Source: Lama guanicoe
Taxonomy: Eukaryota
DNA: 64,000 nucleotides
Direction: 5' to 3'
Assembly (NCBI GenBank): GCA_013239625.1
Contig: MU053881.1
Location: forward strand, 5,665,957-5,729,956
The position numbers and the translations under genes are program-made. The notes beneath the pieces were generated by a model, which ran no database searches, had not been told where the DNA came from, and worked only from the letters and a program-made list of their open reading frames with translations. Below are positions 1-11,460 of this stretch, piece after piece (position 1 is the first letter of the stretch; each line of letters opens with the position of its first letter).

Positions 1-389
1 AATTGGCAAGCACAGAACTATGAGGGACCACAGTCTGCTCAGGGGAATGTGAGGAGCCAGACCACAAAGTCTGGGAAAGCAGTGAGAAATGAGGTTGGAA
101 AGGTGTCCTGGAGTTAGACTGCTAACAGCCTTCAGTGCCAGGGTGGGTAGCCCACCATGCAGCTCATCAGAGAGTTGGAAGCGGGGCAAATAGAGGGGTT
201 ATCTGAGGGTCATTTCAACTGGTATGTCTTCGGTTATTACTGAGGAACGATATTATTTCCAATTCTTTCACATCTAGGCCAAGGACTTCTTGGCAGACGT
301 CCGGTATTGCTAGCCTTGTTCAAGATCACAGACTTTAGACTCTGGTACCTGGGGTACCAGGGCCCTTTCTGCAGTCACCACAGTGATCT

Positions 390-1330
390 AGAGTAGTCAT
401 CTTTAACCCTTTTTGCTTGTGTAACCCCAAAAGAATTTTAAAACATTATGTAATTACTCATTTCTTAAACTGATATTTAAAATTTTCAGCAAAAATTTAA
501 ATAGTTGAAAAGAATATAATTTTCAGGGTACTGACATTTAAAAATTGTACCATTTCTCTTCTCAATGAAATTTAAATAACAATTTTATATCATCATCCTT
601 TAAAAATATACATGAATAAGCTCTTCTAATAGGAGGAAATTTTATATCACTTTTTTCCTCCCTGAACTCGTATTTCCATTCCATTTTCCCCAGAGATTTT
701 TATCCTATTTTTATGCTTGAAAGTGTTTTATTGATCACCTTGTCATACTTCTTTTCTGCATGCTGTGTTATAATTTGTACTTTCTGCTATCATAGGCTTG
801 AAATATTAGCAAAAAGATCTTTCTGGATTAAATTATCATTATAATTATCATTAAATGCAATTGGTCAAATAGTAAGTACGTTAACATGTTGATAAATAAT
901 GATTAAACATAAACAGAATTTTATTAGAACGTCTTTTAAATCAACAATTAAAAAAAATAAGTTTGCATATCCACACATGAATATTATCTGTTCCTAGAAT
1001 GAGACAGGGTTCAGCATCAAATTTATTTTTAGGTCTTATTTTTATAGATGTTAGTACTAAGACGACTTATTAATACGAGAATGAACACTGTCTCAGCAAT
1101 GTTACGCAACTTTTTCGATTCTTTCCAAGTTATTATGTTAAATATTACACAGTGATCTGTCAGCAAAGTTATTTTAAATTATCATTAAAACTCGATTGAG
1201 TTCTCCTTCAGTTTTTTGAGAGCGAAGTATTAGAAACCACCTGACTAGTAAAATAATTTTTTTGTATAATCACTGGAGAAATTCACTTTCTTAATATCTG
1301 GGAAGCATAACAAAAAGTCTCTACCAAGAT
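390..1330 (-). mobile_element. hAT-Charlie DNA transposon fossil (Charlie7-like), 3' part
   Basis: Minus-strand 1054..995 translates LTSIKIRPKNKFDAEPCLIL and a nearby frame gives LKKLKENSIEF, resembling the Charlie transposase C-terminal dimerisation region. The AT-rich end at ~400-780 resembles a recalled Charlie consensus. Confidence 0.7.
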
Positions 1331-1609
1331 ATACTAGATGAATATGAATTGCACCTGAGTAGCACAGCTCATCTACCAAAATTTCTTTGTGTTCCCCAAA
1401 CTCAGTCTCCCTTGCGGCTTCTTGGGGCCATGAGCTTAGGCACTGACCAATGACAAGGGAGCAGTTAACAGCTGGTAAGCTTCCCCTCTGCCCTAGCAAT
1501 ACAGGAGACCATGAATTCCAGATGGTGTAACTGTAAGACGGAAGACTAGCTGACTCCATTAGACCTTGCATGAACAAGATATGTATATAAAGCCACTAAG
1601 TTTCCAGGG

Positions 1610-2200
1610 TGTGGAAATTTAGTAATGCGTCAGCTTGACTCAGCTGAACTGCATTTCCCTCAATCCTGTTCCTCTACGTTTCTGATCAGGGTGAGCCACA
1701 AGACAGATGTGTGCGGGACTCTGGAGGGTAGACGTGAAACCGTAGTCATTCTGTAGCCTGTACACACGCCCACTGACCTGTCTGCTCACTTGCCTCTTTG
1801 GTGTGAAGAATGGCTGGATCTGCATTCAAGTTCCCATGTTCTCCTAGAGCCTCCTTCGGCTTCTCTAGTTCCTGGGCAGGTGTGTGCCTCCTCTGGGACC
1901 AAGGGCTCCAGCCTGTGGGACATCCATACCACCAAGGTCAGGGGCAATCAGAATGGACACAGGGTTCGTCTGTCCTCATGGACTGCAGTTTGGCTAATGG
2001 TTGCTCTTCCCCACCCTTACATCCGTCTTTCCCTCCTGACTGTCTGCCCTGCAGATGTGAAGATCTAGCATTGACTACAAAGAGAATCACCTTACACAGA
2101 TTACTTTACTAGATTTGACAATTACATGAGGTCAACTCCTTGTTAAAAAAAATTAATAATAACAACACTCTTAATGGTTGTGCTTCTCTGACTGACACAC
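1610..2200 (+). mobile_element. ERVL solo LTR (LTR33-like)
   Basis: Start 'gtaatgcgtcagcttgactcagctgaactgcatttccc...gggtgagccacaagac' and end 'acactcttaatggttgtgcttctctgactgacac' resemble the recalled LTR33 consensus. Confidence 0.6.
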
Positions 2201-3304
2201 AGGGTTAATGTGCTATGGTGGCACAGTGTGTTCTACTCTAATATAACCTTTACTCTTTCACTTGGAGATATCTCATGTAACCTGGTAAGTCAAAAAAAAA
2301 AAAGGGGGGGGGAGGGTTGCGAAGATACAAATATTAATTTCAATACATGCTTGCCAATACATTAATTGATGAAATGTTCATCCTTATGTGCTTTAAGTGC
2401 TTTTCCCTAAAAATGAAAGAACTAAAGATGTAACTTGTCTAACATCCATTATTGGCACTATCAAACCAGTCAGCCAAGTTAGACTCTCAGGAAAAGTCTG
2501 GCTTTGTTTTTCAGTTCAAATAAATGTGCTCATATGTATTTCACGATAACCATTTTTTTTTCTGGATTCGATAGATGGATACGGCATGCAGCCTTGTCAC
2601 GAGGATAAAGCACAGAGCTACTACCTTTCATACTTCTTAGCAACACTCTCTCTCCTTTGGTTTCACAAGATTCTCTCTCAAGAGAATTTCCTTCTTTGAT
2701 GCTAGCTGGGAATGAGTAAAAAGTCAAAATTTTACTATACTATACTTCTCTACAATGTACCTGAATTCAGACAAATCATCACAGGCCAAAATATACCATT
2801 TTAAAATGTCCCCCTTTACCTTCAAAAGTACTCATGAAAAAGGGCATATTGCCTTTGTACGATCTGAACAACTCTGAATTTTGAAGTGTATCTGGACCTC
2901 AGGGCTTTGGTGAAGGAATTGTGGACCTGTGGCATTTTGCTGTTAGGACTTCTTGTAAACCTCAGTGCAGAGGTATCAGAAAAACTAGGGGAAACTATGT
3001 CTCAGGGGCCTCTGCCGTTATCTATGACCAAATCTAATCACGAGCCAGCATCAAACCTGAAGCAATAAAAATTGCTGAGCACCTGAGTTCTTATTTGAGA
3101 AGAGGAGAGAACAAAGTGATGAGCCTTGGTTCAACTAGCCTCTTACACAGCTTGGGAAAGACTTGTGTCATATACATAACTTTTTAATCTCACTGAGCTC
3201 CTGGAATTTGACGCAATAATATTAGCATTTTTTCCTGTAAGGTGGGATACGGTTTTAATAAAGGGAGAGAAATCTTGAGTAATTTCCATTGCAGCTTCAA
3301 AGCC

Positions 3305-3560
3305 AAGGGCTGCAAGCTCAAATATCTACGTGGGTTAGGCATACAGCTTAAATGAGTAAAGCACGCAGATAAAAGGCAGCAGGGAGCAGTGGTAACAGTG
3401 GCAATCTACAGAGTACATACTTTACATAAAGAAGGTAACTGCTACTTAACCCTTGCATTTTGCTGCCATGCAGATCCAATACAGTCAGATAGTATAACTT
3501 TTCAAGATAAGTTAAAAATTCAGATTTTAAAATGTCAAACTGTCAAATCTGAAACAATAA
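3305..3560 (+). mobile_element. Old non-autonomous DNA transposon remnant (hAT-like)
   Basis: 'gggctgcaagctcaaatatctac...gggagcagtggtaacagtggcaa...tgctgccatgc' resembles an ancient eutherian MITE; a related reverse copy appears at ~21480-21620. Family uncertain. Confidence 0.4.
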
Positions 3561-3643
3561 AAAAGACAGTACAAGATAAACAATACATATTGGGGGTTCA
3601 TATTCAGCTTATGACCCCTACCCTAACCCTATGTGCTAGGTTC

Positions 3644-4101
3644 TGTGGCAGGCAAGACTTTAGAGGTCTTGACTGGCTGTTACATTGGTGGCCCCCAATG
3701 AACCATGACTCTGTACTCACACCCTCGCGTAGTCCCTTCCCACACTGACTCTGCGCTTGGCCATATGACTTGTTTTGGACTAACGGGACATTAACAAGTG
3801 TGTTACAACGAAAGCCTTGATAAAGCATTTATTTGCTCACTGGGGCCTGTCCTCTAGGAAGCTATCACTAAGCAGAAGCTTGAATGGTAAGAAGCCAGGT
3901 AAAGAGAGAGGCCCTAGAGGATGAGAAGCCATTTTGACGAGCTCCAGCTGACTGTAGTCCCATGCGTAACCTCTGAGTATACTATGTGGGCCCAGCTGAG
4001 TCCAGTTAAATCACACAATTGTAAAGACTAATAAACCACTACTATTTTAAGCTAGTAAGTCTTGGAGCTGGTTTACTATGATGCAATAGGTAACTGAAAC
4101 A
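3644..4101 (+). mobile_element. MaLR solo LTR (MLT1-type)
   Basis: TGTGG start, 'ggccatatgacttgttttggactaacgggac' internal motif and the typical MLT1 end 'ttttaagctagtaagtcttggag...tgcaataggtaactgaaaca'. Confidence 0.75.
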
Positions 4102-4230
4102 GAGGTCATTTATTCCAACCCCTTTATTTTACTAACGAATGTCTCAAGGCCCAGATAGGCAAAGGAGTCTGGTGAAATTCAGACAGCAAGTTAGTGGCCA
4201 TAACTTGCCAATTCTGTGCTCTTTCTTCCT
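4102..4230 (-). mobile_element. MIR SINE fragment
   Basis: 'aaggcccagataggc...cagcaagttagtggc...tgtgctctttc' is the reverse MIR core. Confidence 0.5.
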
Positions 4231-4535
4231 GTTGCTTTTGTTTCAATTCCCTTGGTGGAAAGCATCACATAAGGACCATGAAACTTGAAATTCTACCTGC
4301 ACAGAACTTACACCGTGTCCTGCATGCATATACATTACTGTAAGAAGTTGGCCCTTGGAAATGGAAAGATTTCTAGATCATCTAGTCCCTTCACTTTACA
4401 GGTGCAGAGAATGCAAAACACCTGAGAAAGAGAAAAAGCAGCCTCCGACATTTGGAAGCTGGCCTGATACAATCAGGCAGGCAGTAATGTTACTAGATGA
4501 TTGCCTGGCCGTCTTAGCTAGGCCTCACGTTCTCC

Positions 4536-4976
4536 TGTGGAACATAATTTCACAGAACATAAACATTAGGCATTGCCATTCTGGGACCATGACACATCAA
4601 TACAAAAGCGAGACCACTGAATGCAGATAAAACACGTACACTGTCCAAACCATAAAAAATGACCAAATATCCCCCATCCTGGTTAATGAGAGACTCCTGT
4701 TTCTCTACCAATTAGAGCTTTAGCTCAGTGTAGTATTCCTTCTAGGTAAGATTTATTGAGATGCCCAATCACAGAATTACCCCCACTTCCTGACAGCACT
4801 TTACCCAGAGTACAGCCCCTCTTCCTTAAACCCTCTGCCTAATCACCTGACAACGTCTACTGAGATGCCCCACGGCTCTTCATGGTGTGTGTTCTCCCTC
4901 CCTGCAACCAGGAATAAATCTCGCTTGCTCAGCTATCTGTATGCTCATGGTCGTCTTTGGTTAGAGGGTACTGACG
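4536..4976 (+). mobile_element. ERV1 solo LTR (MER90-like)
   Basis: TG start, internal 'cactgtccaaacc...aatgaccaaatatcccc', 'taagatttattgagatgcccaatcacagaatt', an AATAAA and end 'gtctttggttagagggtactgac', matching the recalled MER90 consensus. Confidence 0.7.
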
Positions 4977-5094
4977 GACCTGAAGAAGTTCACACAGAGC
5001 AGGAGGCAGAACTCACTAGAAGGAGTCTCCAGGTCTCCAGCTGTGTTCTGTCTTAGAAACTATCACCCTGGTGGTTAATGTCTGCCCCCACCCC

Positions 5095-5220
5095 CGAATT
5101 AAGCTCCTTGAGAAGAGAAGCCTTGTCTGTAAAGTTCGGAGCTGATTCCCAGTGCCTAGGCTGGTACTCGGCAGAGGCTGGCAGTTTAAAAAATATTTTC
5201 TGAACGAATGAATGAGTAAA
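5095..5220 (+). mobile_element. L2 3' end fragment
   Basis: 'taagctccttgaga...cccagtgcctag...aaatattttctgaacgaatgaatga' is the typical L2 tail. Confidence 0.65.
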
Positions 5221-5658
5221 AGGGACTCAATATATACAGGTTCCCTTTCACCTCCCAGTATGTGGTGCGTACAGACAGCACCACAGCTCATCTAGCCCAC
5301 CTAAATTTTCAAACCCCTCACTCCTGGGACGCCCATTCTCTCCAAGCCTCCTACTTTGCTCGAGCTTCTCTCGCTCGCTGGCCCCTTCCCACACCCGAGT
5401 CCAAAGACCATCCCCTTGTAACGCACCTAGAACTCACCTGTCGCCAACATCACTCCACCGCAGACTCCAGTGGACCAGCCGCACCGCTACCTTGGCGTCG
5501 AGTGGGCGGTGCGGACACCGACCGCGCATGTGCGGAAATCTGTCTCACGCAGGAGCTCTGACAAGCGAAGAGTTGCCTCTGAGTTTCCGTCCCGGTCTGG
5601 GTAGTCTTGGGCTGCCAGGAAATCAGGAGAAACTAGCCGGAAGGAGAACCCGCGCGCA

Positions 5659-5868
5659 GGGATTTCTGGGATATGTAGTCGTAGCTATCCCGAGACCCCA
5701 CCTTGAGGGAGGCCTTAATTCTTCAGGACTGCAAGTTTCGCACACAGTCCGGTGCTACTTTCGGCTGAGAATTCAGCTTCCGGCTTCTAGGAGAGATTGG
5801 CCTGGTGTCGGCTTCTCGTTCCCACAAAGCTCTGCGGTGCCCGCGGCGCCTGCTGGGAGCTGTAGTCC
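5659..5868. promoter_or_regulatory. ZNF143/THAP11 (SBS) motif cluster
   Basis: Minus-strand GACTACATATCCCAGAAATCCC (5659-5680) and GGACTACAGCTCCCAGCAGGC (5848-5868); plus-strand TTCCCACAAAGCTCTGCG (5819-5836). Confidence 0.8.
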
Positions 5869-5951
5869 TCACTCTGCGTACTGCGTTCGCCGAGGGGGAG
5901 GGCGGAGCTGCCGGCGGCCCGGGCGGGCTGGCAGCTAGAGTGGGTGCGAAA

Positions 5952-5993
5952 GCCGCCTCCGCCTCTGCCGCCTCCGCCGTCGCCTCCTCCGCC
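5952..5993 (+). repeat. Imperfect GCC/TCC trinucleotide tract in the 5' UTR
   Basis: gccgcctccgcctctgccgcctccgccgtcgcctcctccgcc. Confidence 0.85.
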
Positions 5994-6045
5994 CGGGCCG
6001 TTCGCTGCTGCGCGGGGAGAGCGAGGCGGGGCCGCCGGGGCCGCC

Positions 6046-6090
6046 ATGGAGCCCGACTCGGTGATTGAGGACAAGACCATCGAGCTCATG
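6046..6090 (+). CDS. FBXW11: FBXW11 (beta-TrCP2, F-box/WD40 protein 11) coding exon 1
   Basis: Strong Kozak gccgccATGG; encodes MEPDSVIEDKTIELM, the recognised FBXW11 N-terminus; phase-0 donor ATG|GTGAGT at 6090/6091. Confidence 0.97.
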
Positions 6091-7615
6091 GTGAGTGCGG
6101 CCCGCTGGACCGTCCGTTCTTCCGTCCGTCCGGCCCCGGGCGGGCCTGCCCACCTCAACGTCCGGCGCGAGGCCGGCCCTGGCCCTTCCCCGCTGCCTCG
6201 GCCCGGACCTGGTCCCCCCGCCTTCCCTGGCCTCCGGCCCGGCGCGGTTCCTCTGGATCCCTGGAGCTCTCAGGCCGGACCTGGCCCGGCCCCCTCCATG
6301 CCCCTCGGTTTTCCTCCCTCCCTCCCTCCCTCCTGTCTTCGGGCCCATCTCTCGAACGACCCTCGCTCGCTTATGCTATGGCCTTGGCTCACATTCACTC
6401 CAGCATCTCATTTCCCCATTAGTAGGGAATTCCCCCCCCCCCATTTCTCCAGCCCAGGCCTGCATCGCTCTTGCAAGTCCCACTCAAACGGAGTGAGATG
6501 GTGATGGGAGGAGGTACAGAGAATATCGATCAGGGAGGGCCTCGGCTTCCGCGTCCTAGAAGGGGTCTCAGCACCCTCTCCTCAACCGAGGGCCGTATGG
6601 ATGCCGGCATAGGCCCCACAGGGGTGGAGGTGGGGAGCTCTCGGATTTGAGACTGTGACCGATAAGGGGCCTCTTTCCTGGGCCCCTGTGGTGTCCGGCT
6701 TCTCGGACAAAGGGTTTCCTACTCGGCCAAGAGGGATGTTTGCATAAGCAAGGCCCCAGGTACTCTGGATTCCATCTCCCAGGAACGAGAAACTGTAACT
6801 TCACGTTTTCCAGAGCTGCTTTGGGAAACTGGGGAGGAGGGGGAGGGGTTGTCCTCATCACTGCCGCCAGTTCTTTCTAATCCTGGGCCCCTGGGGAAGC
6901 GATCACTTTTCTGTTAGAAACCATTGGTAGCCAGGCCAGACTCCCTGGCCTCACGAACACCCCAACCCCCTTCCGCTTTAGGACTTGGAGCCAGAATGGT
7001 TTTTAGAAACAGGACCACAAGAAAGTGGCTACTAGAAACGAAGAATTTGCTACTTGGTGGATGATCTGGTGGAAGAAATAAAATATGGCAGCTGGTACCT
7101 GCCAATTTGAACATTAGGGAAATCAAACTGGGCTCTGGAGAGTTGGGAGGGGGAAGTCTGCCTCAGCAAATGGACATGCCCAGGTTTTCTTCCTGTGGAA
7201 ACCTTGACAGTTTCTTTGTATCTCTCCTAACACGGTAACAGTTTCTACCCCAAGGTTGAGAGGAAAGGTGAAAGAATCTACTTAACACAGCAAAATGTTT
7301 TCCTAGCCAGATTTTCTCCAGTGTGAAAATGTTTATTGAGTCAGTGGTTCCACTGGGTAGGGTCGGTGACATCAGAGCCACTTCCCCCATTTAATGCTAT
7401 AAATAATAAATGGTGACACTGAAAGTCTGTTGGATAGCTGCATGGTTTCTGTGGATGATGGTATCTGGGGAGTTAAGATGTATGTTTTAAAAATGGAAGT
7501 ACAGTAGCATAAATACAGAGGCAGCTTAATATTTGCTGTCCTTTGCATAATTCACTAGATTTCTTCAGCAGTCTTGAAAACTAGAGGGGAAAAAACGCTC
7601 TGGTAGTTTCTGATT

Positions 7616-7646
7616 TGTGTGTGCGTGCGTGCGTGCGTGTGCGCGT
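7616..7646. repeat. Alternating purine-pyrimidine (TG)/(TGCG)n microsatellite
   Basis: tgtgtgtgcgtgcgtgcgtgcgtgtgcgcgt. Confidence 0.9.
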
Positions 7647-9976
7647 TCACATGTGTGGTTGCTTTCTAAGGGACACTGTCACCTGTGGGTTTTTATTTGA
7701 TTTTCATTTATTAAAATTTTTTCCTTTTCAGTATAACTTATCAAACATTTGTAGTCAAGCCTTTGATATTCGGCAAATTTTGTAGGGGGTTATTTTGGTA
7801 AAATATTGTAATTGGAATTACATGTATAGCACATGTTCTTACGAGTACAACAGAAGGAATACTTCATATCGAAAAGTTATAACTTAATACTTTGAAATTG
7901 ATTGTTCAGTGTTCCTTTCATTTTCATTCACTTAAAAATAACTAAAATGTCTTAATTTTCAAAAGAATTAGAATAAATACAGTGTACTCCATTTAGTATC
8001 TTTGAATGGTTGTAAAAAAATGTCTGGCCTAAATATATTGGCTTCCTCTGCTCATAAATTTAAAAAGTTTTGATTTTACATGATTGTATTTATCTATGAC
8101 CTGAAAAGATATTTCAGCCTTTTCAAGGACATTATAAACTGGCATCCTTAGAAAATTTAACAAAGAAAATTTAACGAAGTAGTTATCTAGATCAGTTTTA
8201 AAAGGGCTTTTCAATATGTGGATTTTAATATTCCCTCAAAGGGCTACCAACTGACTCTTAGGCAACCCTTTTCATGAATATATATGTATTTATTTTAGTG
8301 TAGTAGATAGCAGAGGTACTTAACAACTGATTTGCTAAATCCAGGATCAGATGTAGGAATGATAATGCCTTAAAGTCTAATAGCATGTGGCTTTCTGTAT
8401 TCATTGCATTTTAATTACAGTTTCCAGAACTAGGTTAAAAATATTTTTTACATTGGTTTTAATGTAACATGATTAAAAGAGTGGAAGGAGTTAAACTGAT
8501 GGTATTTTTGAAAGCCTAAAGCATGAAATATTTTTAGATTTTTTTATGAGTCAGCTTCGCTACTCAAATATTTGTGATTGTTCTGCCTGTACCAGTTTGG
8601 TACTTAATGGTTAACAGGATAACTTTCATCTGATATTCCAGAGTATGCTGTATCAAAGAAAGGAAACAGATTTCTTGGGTATCACCAATTTCTTAATCTT
8701 CATCCCTCTACTTCCTTTGATTCTGATTCCTTCTCCTTTTTTCCTTGCACTTTTTTAGTTTACTAAGAAATAAAACTAGTCATAGGAGAATAATTAAATC
8801 TTCAAAATGTAACCCCTGTTGTGGCTCCTATCTCTGCCTTAGGCCAGGTCCACAAAGAGTGCTTCTCCAGCTAAACTACCTCATAGGATTCAGTCTTTAA
8901 TATAGACTATAAACTCTTGATTGAGACAACTGAATTTACGATGGCTGATGGTGAATAATTTAACCATCAAATGACTTTCATGGCCTTAGATTGGCCCAGT
9001 ACTGTACCTCGTTTGTGGGACTGTTTTTCAAACTGCTGACTTTGGTAAAATTAGCTTTATTATCAATGAGGTAGAAAAGTAGTAATCCATTTGGAAATGC
9101 GCAAAAGTTCACCAGGCTATGTCTAATGCGGTGGACTTCACTGGAAAGAATGGACAGAAGACTGTACCATTATATGTCATGTATCTATATATGATGTTTA
9201 ACTCTTGAGTTAGGAATGTGAATTAATGTTCAGACACTTATTACAAAAAGCACTCACAGAGCTGCTACCTGGAAGGGAAAGATGGTTAGTCCTGCCTGTT
9301 AGAAGCTAGCAGAAGTTGATGTTAAAAGTTTAGGAAAGGTGATCCTGCTTCCTCTATGGATGTGAGCACCCCCGCTCCCCCCAGTAGTGGGCAGTTTGTG
9401 CTCTATTGTTGGCCACTGAATGGTTCCCCTCTTTGCTAAGTGACCTTAAGTGAGTCATTTCCCTTCTGTATTATCTCTAAGTGGCTATATTACTTGTTGA
9501 ATGTAGTAATAAAGGTACAGTGCATTGGACCTATTCAGAATTTGTAACATCAATTCTATTTGTACAGCTTTTGAAGTACAGACAGGCCATAAGGCCAAGG
9601 AGATGCAAGAGACTGAGTTAGGTGATTGGAACTATCTATGTTTATCTCTGTGGATTCCCCCCCCCCCTTGTCATTGGATTTGTAGGTGGAGTAAGTGGGA
9701 TTGTTTAGTGACTCCTTTAAGAAATTGGGTCTTACTTTGTCATCATCACTTATCCTTATCTACCTCTAGCCATATGCTGATTTACCAAATGCAGATTAAG
9801 TAGACAAAGATTTAAGGATGATTCAAATGAAATAAGGCTGTGACTCAAATATTATCAATTTTTATCCCTAATTTTGGAGTAGATTAGATGTCCTTTTGGA
9901 TTTGACAAGGATGAACATGATCCTGCACACAAGTCTTGGCACTCTTGGCCCTGACTGTTGTACCCTGAAAAGTGAC

Positions 9977-10024
9977 AGCACTGTAGAGCACAGGTGGGTA
10001 GAGCACTGTAGAGCACAGGTGGGT
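9977..10024. repeat. Perfect 23-bp direct duplication (period 25)
   Basis: AGCACTGTAGAGCACAGGTGGGT at 9977-9999 and 10002-10024. Confidence 0.95.
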
Positions 10025-11254
10025 TGCTAGCCTGTTACACAGATTTACAGAACAGCACATGTATCCCTCTGAGTAGTCTTGTTTGATCCTATGAATTCTG
10101 GAAACAAACTTTTCTGTGCTGTGAGGTACCTGGGATCCTGGGTTCCACCTGATGATATTTATACTTTAAGGGAAAGAAAACATTTCAAGTTCTAGTAATT
10201 CCAATTCCAGCCTCCTGTACAGCTTTTTCTTCCTCACTTACTCTATATTCCAGCCAAAGCGTGCAAGACCATGGTTCCTCAGATTCTGCTCACACTGTTT
10301 CCTTTGTCAGGATGAATGTGAACTGACCTAACCCAGATAGTGAAGGCTGCTGATGTTTATGGGAAGGACCTAAGAGTTGGCTTTCTGGCCAGATTGGTTT
10401 AGGTCGGATCTCAGCAAGCTTCTCTTCCATTTATGCCAATAAAGTCCTATCCCCTCTCCTCTTTTTGATGTCAGTTTATGTTAAGGAGGCAGTTACCATT
10501 TTGTTTTTATATCTCTTGCACTGCCTGCGTGATAATCATCGTTAACTGAAATGAATGAGTTCTGGCACTTTGTATTTATCTTGAGGCCCTTCTGGGCTTG
10601 TGTTAGAGTTTCCTGTTTGTGTCCCCTATTAAAAGATGAACTTCTCCCAGTGCCTTCTTGTAGTAGGTGTTCAGTCATGTTGAGTTGAATTTTCCTGTTG
10701 ATTGTTTACATGTATTGTCGCTGTCTGCCTGTGTCTTAGCCGTCCTCTTTTCTGGAATATTTCACGAATTCTCATCATAACCTGTTCCTAACTCTTACGG
10801 GACTTATCCTTCCTGTGTATCATAAAAGTTTGTGATTTTATCCAAGTTTCCCTATCAGGGGCCATATCTGACTGTCCTTTGAATCCTTTGCTATGCTTAG
10901 CGCTTGACTATGCAATAGATATTTATTGATTTAAGTTAATGTTTGGTTGGTTTTTTTTTTCATGCTATGAAACCTTTTTAAGATTTCCTTTTGATAATTT
11001 TAAGATAGAGGTGGAGCTAAATAGAGAAGGACTGCTAAGGGGAAGAGGAGGGTGTTAAGTGGTGCACAGACGTCCACAGACATTCTAAGCATGATTTACA
11101 GACTTATAACCGTACAGATAGATTTATATACATTGCAGAGAGTGGTTGGTAGCAAAGTGTTTAGGAAACCAAACTCCTTTTATCTGTTGATATGAACTTG
11201 CCAAACAGTCCATAAGTTCTAAGGATCCTGTGACCTTAGAGAAGCATGATTTAG

Positions 11255-11460
11255 CATAAAGGGCATGGGCTCTAGAGTGAAACACCTAAATTTGTATCCT
11301 AGCTGTGACTTACTGGCTGTGTGACCTTAAGAAAGTTAACCTTTCTCTGGTATGATTTCATTATGTGTAAAAATAAGAAAATGTAGGTATTGCTCCCAGT
11401 GTTGTGAGAATTATGAGAGGTGTATGTGAAAGGACCTTGCAAAGTTTTGTCTCTCAGCAA
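11255..11460 (+). mobile_element. MIR SINE
   Basis: 'gggcatgggctctagag...cttactggctgtgtgaccttaagaaagttaacc...tgtaaaaataag...gttgtgagaatt' matches the MIR core. Confidence 0.8.

Larger units (their letters stand above)
5360..6620 (+). promoter_or_regulatory. FBXW11: CpG-island promoter of FBXW11
   Basis: Dense CpG and high GC around exon 1. NRF1-like CGCGCATGTGCG (5523-5534), ETS cores CCGGAAG (~5637-5643) and CTTCCGG (5777-5783), reverse CCAAT (5796-5800), GC box GGGCGG (5900-5905). No TATA box seen. Confidence 0.92.

Noticed and set aside
5262..6861. Many overlapping 87-186 aa ORFs on both strands
   Set aside because: Expected from stop-poor GC-rich CpG-island sequence. Only 6046-6090 matches a known protein and is closed by a splice donor.
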